A stretch of 20,000 nt of DNA from an uncultured virus (IMG/VR IMGVR_UViG_3300037119_007256) (taxonomy: Duplodnaviria; Heunggongvirae; Uroviricota; Caudoviricetes). This document shows positions 15,112 through 20,000 of this stretch, in pieces. Location: the IMG/VR virus record IMGVR_UViG_3300037119_007256; one strand, written 5' to 3'. The notes beneath the pieces were generated by a model, which was given only the letters and a program-made list of their open reading frames with translations, searched no databases and was not told the origin of the DNA. The position numbers and the translations under genes were made by a program. The stretch's first letter is position 1, and every line of letters starts with the position of its first letter.

Positions 15112-15582
15112 ATGCCCAGCGAATCGAAGTTCGGCACCGGGCCGGAGCCCGGCGAAGGGTTAGCGGCGATGCCGGAGGCCAGTGCCCCGGCGACCGGTGC
15201 GATAGCAGGCCCGGCCCGGCGCCGCGGTGGCCGGAGGGTGGGCGAGGACGAGTCGGACAGGCCGACCGGGCGCGGCGGCGAGGCGCCCAGCGACGACACT
15301 GTCCTGTGCGTCACAGTAACGAGCCTGATGGGCATGTGGGGCCGCGACGAGCTGGTGACGGCCGGCGAACTGGCCGACAACGGGGCCGACGTCGCGCACG
15401 TGCTGAAGTCCGGCTCGGCCAGGAAGGCCACCGCCGAGGAGGCGGAGGAATACGTCCGGTTCGAGGGCGCCGCCGAGGCGGCCGAGGCGAAGAAGGTAGA
15501 GGCCGTGGAAGCGAAGAAGGTGGAGGCTGCCGAGCCGCCAAGGCCGACCCAGGCGCCGGCGCTGGGGCCCCTGAGGCGCTGA
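15112..15582 (+). CDS. Hypothetical protein immediately after the capsid gene (low-complexity termini)
   Basis: AGGGAG SD, fills the gap between MCP and neck genes. Core ELVTAGEL...DVAHVLKSGSARKA; duplicated EAKKVEA at 15484-15528. Confidence 0.65.
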   Translation: MPSESKFGTGPEPGEGLAAMPEASAPATGAIAGPARRRGGRRVGEDESDRPTGRGGEAPSDDTVLCVTVTSLMGMWGRDELVTAGELADNGADVAHVLKSGSARKATAEEAEEYVRFEGAAEAAEAKKVEAVEAKKVEAAEPPRPTQAPALGPLRR

Positions 15583-15583
15583 G

Positions 15584-16027
15584 ATGCCCGTCTCGGAACC
15601 GGGTTACAAGGAGTTGATTCTGTCGAGCCTCGGCCAGGGTCCCACGGACCCCCTGGCCGGGGCCCTTGACGTGATATGGGAAGACAACGCGGATAAGGCG
15701 TCCGGGGCGTACCTCAGGCTGCAGTACTTGTGCTCGCGGCGTGATGCCGTGGCCTGGATGCGGGACAACCGGTTTCAGTACCACCAGGTGTCGGAGCAGG
15801 GCGTCAGTGAGGCCCTCAACCAGGTATTCCAGAACCTGGATGCGATCTACAAGTCCACGGTCGAGGCGATAACGCTGGAGGAGAAGAAGAGGGCGGCCAG
15901 CCGGGGTGGGGCATATGCCACCATCGAGAGGGTGCAACCGGTTGCACCGCCGAGTGTTGGGCCCGATCCGTCGGACCGGGCGTACAGGGGGGACCCGTTG
16001 CGCCGCACGGCATGGGATAGGCGCTGA
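15584..16027 (+). CDS. Putative head-tail adaptor (head completion) protein
   Basis: 147 aa, predicted mostly helical, first neck position after the capsid genes. Product inferred from synteny. Confidence 0.55.
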   Translation: MPVSEPGYKELILSSLGQGPTDPLAGALDVIWEDNADKASGAYLRLQYLCSRRDAVAWMRDNRFQYHQVSEQGVSEALNQVFQNLDAIYKSTVEAITLEEKKRAASRGGAYATIERVQPVAPPSVGPDPSDRAYRGDPLRRTAWDRR

Positions 16028-16057
16028 GCCGTGCGGCGGGCGGGGCTGGAGGAAACC

Positions 16058-16255
16058 ATGGCCGAGCTGAGCGCCAAGAAACGGGACAGGCTGAAGACAG
16101 GTTCCTTCGCGCTGCCGAGGGAGCGGGCGTACCCAATCCACGACATCTCCCACGCAAGGAATGCCCTCGCCAGGGCGGCGCAGCACGCGTCGCCGGTGGA
16201 ACAGGCGAAGATCAGGGCGGCGGTGTGCAAGAAGTACCCGTCGCTTAAGAAGTGA
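16058..16255 (+). CDS. Small basic protein, DUF6582-like
   Basis: ATG 16058 with GGAGG at 16048-16052. LSAKKRDRLKTGSFALPRERAYPIHDISHARNALARAAQ fits the FA.P..R.yP..D..H.RNA.AR pattern recalled for DUF6582. Confidence 0.65.
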   Translation: MAELSAKKRDRLKTGSFALPRERAYPIHDISHARNALARAAQHASPVEQAKIRAAVCKKYPSLKK

Positions 16256-16258
16256 GCC

Positions 16259-16690
16259 ATGCCGGCGCCGCTCACGTGGAGGCAGGACTACCTCTACCAG
16301 CATACCTTCGACATCTGGAAGGTGGTGGTATACGGCGGCGAGCACCCCGACGACAATGAGTACGAGCTGGTCGAGGAGGGCGTGCGTGGGCTGCTAGTGA
16401 CGAAATCGTCCATCGACTCGGTCTCGGACCTGGCGTTGATGGAGGGCGACGACATGCTCACCGTCGACACGCTTAATATGGCAGAGGCCCAGCCGATAGC
16501 GTCGAGCTGGATTGCGCTAAACCGGTCGAAACTGTCGGACGGGTCTAACCACCCGCAGTACGGCATCGGGTGGGTGGTCCGTGGGGCGCCGCTGAGGGTG
16601 ACGGGAACGGCGACCAGGCCGACCGGACACTCGACGGTCTATGCCGCGAGGATGCCTAAGCTCCCGCGGCAGATACAGGCGGCGGTCTGA
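16259..16690 (+). CDS. Putative head closure (stopper) protein
   Basis: 143 aa, beta-rich pattern, neck position, coupled to the next gene (TGATG). Product inferred from synteny. Confidence 0.5.
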   Translation: MPAPLTWRQDYLYQHTFDIWKVVVYGGEHPDDNEYELVEEGVRGLLVTKSSIDSVSDLALMEGDDMLTVDTLNMAEAQPIASSWIALNRSKLSDGSNHPQYGIGWVVRGAPLRVTGTATRPTGHSTVYAARMPKLPRQIQAAV

Positions 16691-17193
16691 TGCCGGCGCC
16701 TGGCGGGCAGACCAATGCTCTGCTGGACGAGCTCCAGAGTGGGCTGTGGGCGCTGTGGCCCGAACTACAAGCCACGCCCAGCGTCGGGCAGGTGCGAGGC
16801 GTGTGGATCGGCGAGCATGTCGAGAATGTGCCTTTCGACCTGATCGACGCGCCGTACGCGGTGATAGCGGTACCGGACTGGTCGGTGGGCGACTGGTCGC
16901 CGGACGTGTTCTCGTGGGAGCAGCCCGTCCACATCTACTACGTGGGGCGGACGGAGGAGGACCCGGGCGCCGAGACACCGGGCCAGGACGGCAGTGGGAT
17001 CAGGGACAAGCTGGAGCAGTTGGCGCACTGGCTCGAGCCGGGCAACCAGCCTGACCCGCTGGTGTACGGGCAGGTGATGGACGTAATGGGGATATCGACG
17101 AGCCGCGGGCTGCCGTTCAACCAGATACTGCGGAGCAAGAAGTTGCCGCTGATGGCTGGTAGGTTGATGACGAAGATTCTGATGGAGCACTGA
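16690..17193 (+). CDS. Putative tail terminator protein
   Basis: 167 aa, acidic. N-terminal helix (LLDELQSGLWAL), PYAVI strand, VHIYYV strand then a helix: the usual terminator layout. Confidence 0.5.
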   Translation: MPAPGGQTNALLDELQSGLWALWPELQATPSVGQVRGVWIGEHVENVPFDLIDAPYAVIAVPDWSVGDWSPDVFSWEQPVHIYYVGRTEEDPGAETPGQDGSGIRDKLEQLAHWLEPGNQPDPLVYGQVMDVMGISTSRGLPFNQILRSKKLPLMAGRLMTKILMEH

Positions 17194-17200
17194 GGGTACC

Positions 17201-17674
17201 ATGGACCCGGCAGAGGCGGCACGAAGGTTCGAGAAGGGCGCGGATCGGCTTGGGCCCGAACTCGTGCGGGCGACCGAGGCGGCGATCCGGCACACGCTGG
17301 ATATGGCCCGTATGGTATCATCCGGGCCCCACAGTACAGCCGCCCTGCGCCGGGCCGGTCACCCGTACGCCAGGAGGGGCGGACCACGAGTGCAGGCAGG
17401 GTCCCCCGGCTACCCGTCCGGTATCATCAACGTCCAATCTGGCGACTTCCTGGCCGGCTGGCGACGCGGGGGGCCATTCGCGACCTCGGACGGCGTGACG
17501 GGGCACGTGTTCCAGTCCGACTGGAAGGGGCCGCTGCTGCAGGGCGGGACGACAACGATGATCGCCAGGCCGGCCGCCGAGGAGGCCGCTGAGGAAGCGC
17601 AGGACATGTGGGAGGACGGGGTCACCGCCGCGGTCACCTCCATCCTCGAGTGGATGGCTGAGGAGGGACCATGA
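17201..17674 (+). CDS. HK97 gp10-like tail completion/neck protein
   Basis: GAGGG SD; INVQSG.F...W and LLQGGTTTMIARP resemble the 'GT.kM.arP' motif of HK97-gp10-like proteins. Confidence 0.65.
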   Translation: MDPAEAARRFEKGADRLGPELVRATEAAIRHTLDMARMVSSGPHSTAALRRAGHPYARRGGPRVQAGSPGYPSGIINVQSGDFLAGWRRGGPFATSDGVTGHVFQSDWKGPLLQGGTTTMIARPAAEEAAEEAQDMWEDGVTAAVTSILEWMAEEGP

Positions 17675-17880
17675 GCAAGGACGACGAGGCCAAGGCGACC
17701 CCGGCCCTGAAGGCGGGGAGGAAGGTGCGCGAGCGGCGCGCCGGCGAGGTGGGCTTCTCCGGCCGTCCGGAGTCCCGGGTCCGCGAGCTGGCCGAGGGCG
17801 AGGCGGTGCCGGAGGGCGCCGAAACGACCAACGAAGCGCCGCACGACTGGCGCCCGGAGGGGAAGGCGACCCATGCCTGA
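17671..17880 (+). CDS. Small charged hypothetical protein (69 aa)
   Basis: ATGA overlap with the upstream stop, GAGGAGGG SD, end overlaps the tail tube start. Confidence 0.6.
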   Translation: MSKDDEAKATPALKAGRKVRERRAGEVGFSGRPESRVRELAEGEAVPEGAETTNEAPHDWRPEGKATHA

Positions 17881-18325
17881 GGCCATCACAAAGAAGCTCA
17901 TCCAGCGTAACGTGGTCGGCACGGTGACGCCGCTGACCGAGTCAGGTGGCACCCTGACGGAGGGAACCGCCTTCGCCATGCTGGGGCGCATGGGGCGCCT
18001 CTCGTTCAACCTCCGCAACACGCTGGAGGAGATCAGCGGCGGCGACTCGTTGCACGAGAACCACGTCAAGATCAAGCGCGGGTGGCGTCTGTCCCTCGAG
18101 GCCATCAAGCACATGGCCGGCACCGAGCTCGAGGACATCGCCATGTCCACCGACTACGCGAAGGTAACCATTGTTACACCGCGTAGCGCCGGCACCGTAA
18201 CCCGAGTCTGGTACGGTATCATCGAAGAGCACAACTGGGACGCGGAGCCCGGCAAGAACATGGACCGGCTCAGCATCGTCCCCGTGGACATCGGGGCGAC
18301 GGCGAACCCCTACTTCGGCGTATGA
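17873..18325 (+). CDS. Major tail (tube) protein
   Basis: 150 aa, beta-rich with EEISGGDS..E....IKRGWRLSLE loop-strand pattern; lies directly before the frameshifting chaperone and tape measure genes. Confidence 0.7.
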   Translation: MPEAITKKLIQRNVVGTVTPLTESGGTLTEGTAFAMLGRMGRLSFNLRNTLEEISGGDSLHENHVKIKRGWRLSLEAIKHMAGTELEDIAMSTDYAKVTIVTPRSAGTVTRVWYGIIEEHNWDAEPGKNMDRLSIVPVDIGATANPYFGV

Positions 18326-18822
18326 CACTAACCAAAGCTGTAAAACCGATAGAGGACAAGTCCAACGGGGGCGCCGGAGCCGGCGCCCCCGTGTCGGCGT
18401 CTGCCCCCACCGTGGTGACAGACATCGAGTACAACCCCTGGGACGAGCCGCGCCCAGAGCCGCCCCGCGAGCGCAAGCTCATCGCCCTGCCCGGTGGACG
18501 GGCGATGTGGGTGGAGCTGGAGGGCCTGGCCCCGATACCCGCGGCCGGCGTCATGGGTGAGGCCCAGAAGCTGATCGAGAAGTTTTGCCCTGGGGACGAC
18601 TCGGATGCAACGCCTGAGCCGTTCTACGGGCCGGATGGCAGTGCGATCGAGTTGAACCCGCTCATCGTCAAGGACGCCGTGTTCCTGCAGTACATGGACA
18701 CCGGCACGCGGAAGTCCTTCATCTGGTGGATCGGGCTCGCCGACCGGTGCTACGACGCGTTCACCGAGATCAGCACGATGGCGGGGCGGTTGAACCGGAG
18801 GGCGTCGCAACAGGGAAACTAG
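18322..18822 (+). CDS. Tail assembly chaperone (lambda gpG equivalent)
   Basis: ATGA overlap with the tail tube gene; ends CAG GGA AAC TAG with a slippery heptamer immediately before the stop. Confidence 0.8.
   Translation: MTLTKAVKPIEDKSNGGAGAGAPVSASAPTVVTDIEYNPWDEPRPEPPRERKLIALPGGRAMWVELEGLAPIPAAGVMGEAQKLIEKFCPGDDSDATPEPFYGPDGSAIELNPLIVKDAVFLQYMDTGTRKSFIWWIGLADRCYDAFTEISTMAGRLNRRASQQGN
18813..18819 (+). promoter_or_regulatory. Programmed -1 ribosomal frameshift site G GGA AAC
   Basis: X XXY YYZ heptamer in the correct phase; the -1 frame (GGG AAA CTA GCC...) stays open to TAG at 19125-19127. Confidence 0.88.
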
Positions 18823-19127
18823 CCGAGGGCGCGGAGCCCGCCGACGAGGACCTGTGGTACTCGGCGGTTCGGCTCGGCGCCAGGTACCACCAGGACCACC
18901 CTGAGCTTGTGTCCAGGCGGGACTGGTGCGACAGGGCGCAGGTGGCGCTGCTGACGGCGATCGCCGAGGCGGTCGGAGCGGCCGTGCCGGATTGGACGAG
19001 GGCTGCGCCGCCTCCGCTTCGGCGGGACTGGCTGAACGACTACCTCCAGGTGTGGGCGAGGGACAGGGCGGACAAGGAGGAGGAGGCCAGGAACCTCCTC
19101 GACGGGTTGGACAAAGGGAGCGGGTAG
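18813..19127 (+). CDS. Frameshift extension of the tail assembly chaperone (gpT equivalent; full G-T product spans 18322-19127)
   Basis: -1 frame reads GKLAEGAEPADEDLWYSAVRLGARYHQDHPELV...LDKGSG*; ends 2 nt before the tape measure ATG. Confidence 0.8.
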   Translation, partial: GKLAEGAEPADEDLWYSAVRLGARYHQDHPELVSRRDWCDRAQVALLTAIAEAVGAAVPDWTRAAPPPLRRDWLNDYLQVWARDRADKEEEARNLLDGLDKGSG

Positions 19128-19129
19128 CG

Positions 19130-20000
19130 ATGGCTGTTTCGATGGTCATAAACCTGTCGGCGACGGGCGTGGCCCCGATCAGGGCCGACTTCAGGTCCGT
19201 GGCCTCGTCCCTCCGCGCCATCGCGGACGCCCAGGCCCGGGTTATCGCCGGCGCCAGCGCCATCGCCAGGGCCATGCCCCGGTTCACGGAGTCCGACACC
19301 AAGCGGCTTGAGCGGGCGGCGGACGCCTACGAGCGGATCGCTTCAGCCTCCGGCGCTGTCAGTTCGCCGGCCGGCGCCGCTTCTTCCCGGCCTACCCCGG
19401 CCGCAGCCGCGGCGTCCAGGGCGGCGGCCGCCACACCGGCTGCTGCCCCGGCCGCCGCTCCGAAGGCGGCCGCGGCTGCCCCGCCTCCGGCGACCCAACA
19501 GAAGTTCCTTGTTGGTCCATCTCAGCGACTCCTTCAGATACAACAGCAGCGGGCAGCCGCGGCTGACATCGCCGACCCCTCCCAACGGGCAGCCGTGCTG
19601 AAGGACTTGGAGATTAGGGAGTTCTTCGCCAAGCGGGCGCTGGCTGTGAACCAGCGTAAGTTGGACCGCGGGCAAGAGGCCATCGACGAGCCAGGTCTCC
19701 TTGAGCGGCTCGAGGCTATCGAGAACGTCACCAAGGGCATCCAACAGGTCGCCTCCGCGAGGGGCCTGGCGTCTTCCATACGCCAGGGGGATGTGCTCGG
19801 CTCGGTCCAGCACGCTGGGAACATCCTGAGGGGCGCCAGCGACCCCACGAGCGGCATAGGGCGTTTCGTGAGGGCAGTGGGCGGCGCTGGTGGGGCGGCC
19901 CCGGGTGGGGCCGGTGGGGCGGCCGGCGGGGCTGGTCCCGGCATGTTGGCCAGGATGCTCGGCATGGCCGCGCCGGCCGGCGGGGCGGCGGGCGCGGGCC
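19130..20000 (+). CDS. Tape measure protein, N-terminal part (runs off the window; absent from the ORF track)
   Basis: ATG 19130 after AGGGAG. Manual translation MAVSMVINLSATGVAPIRADFRSVASSLRAIADAQARV... has no stop to base 20000; Ala/Gly-rich and helical; canonical position after G/G-T. Confidence 0.8.
   Translation, partial: MAVSMVINLSATGVAPIRADFRSVASSLRAIADAQARVIAGASAIARAMPRFTESDTKRLERAADAYERIASASGAVSSPAGAASSRPTPAAAAASRAAAATPAAAPAAAPKAAAAAPPPATQQKFLVGPSQRLLQIQQQRAAAADIADPSQRAAVLKDLEIREFFAKRALAVNQRKLDRGQEAIDEPGLLERLEAIENVTKGIQQVASARGLASSIRQGDVLGSVQHAGNILRGASDPTSGIGRFVRAVGGAGGAAPGGAGGAAGGAGPGMLARMLGMAAPAGGAAGAG

Noticed and set aside
436..19965. Numerous minus-strand and alternate-frame ORFs in the track (e.g. 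7230-8363, 12690-13589, 14469-15431, 15311-16345, 18328-19302)
   Set aside because: They fully overlap well-supported plus-strand genes and show no recognisable motifs. Such shadow ORFs are expected in GC-rich DNA.
12631..20000. Host assignment, or prophage versus free phage versus gene transfer agent
   Set aside because: No integrase, att site, host genes or lysis genes are in the window, so this cannot be decided without flanking sequence and searches.
1..20000. tRNA, rRNA, intrinsic terminators, sigma70 promoters
   Set aside because: Intergenic gaps are at most about 30 bp, and no cloverleaf, hairpin with U-tract or convincing -35/-10 pair was seen.

Overview
GC-rich, gap-free, entirely plus-strand late operon of a tailed (siphovirus-like) phage or prophage. 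The right part (12631-20000) is a recognisable virion module: Mu gpI-like prohead protease/scaffold, head decoration protein, major capsid protein, neck genes, tail tube, a tail assembly chaperone with a canonical G GGA AAC -1 frameshift, and the 5' end of the tape measure gene. The left part (1-12634) sits directly upstream of the protease and is an array of enzyme 'cargo' genes: a RelA/SpoT-like domain, three diverged copies of a GNAT-like domain, and a 3046-aa polyvalent protein (Nudix, about 20 beta-rich repeats with 10 conserved KKPGAQPGNxNAYKGG linkers, two HTH-like domains, an atypical kinase and an R-S-E ADP-ribosyltransferase). Small partner ORFs are interleaved. Main observation: every complete cargo module starts with the same leader, D[LM]xxW..A-x-F-[AS]-F-[DE]..HPRxxxG[KR][FW], and its A-x-F-[AST] core also accounts for 8 of the 9 Phe residues in the protease/scaffold while being absent from the capsid and decoration proteins. 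This suggests a protease-cleavable capsid-loading tag for effectors injected with the DNA. All family assignments are from motif recognition by eye; no database searches were run.
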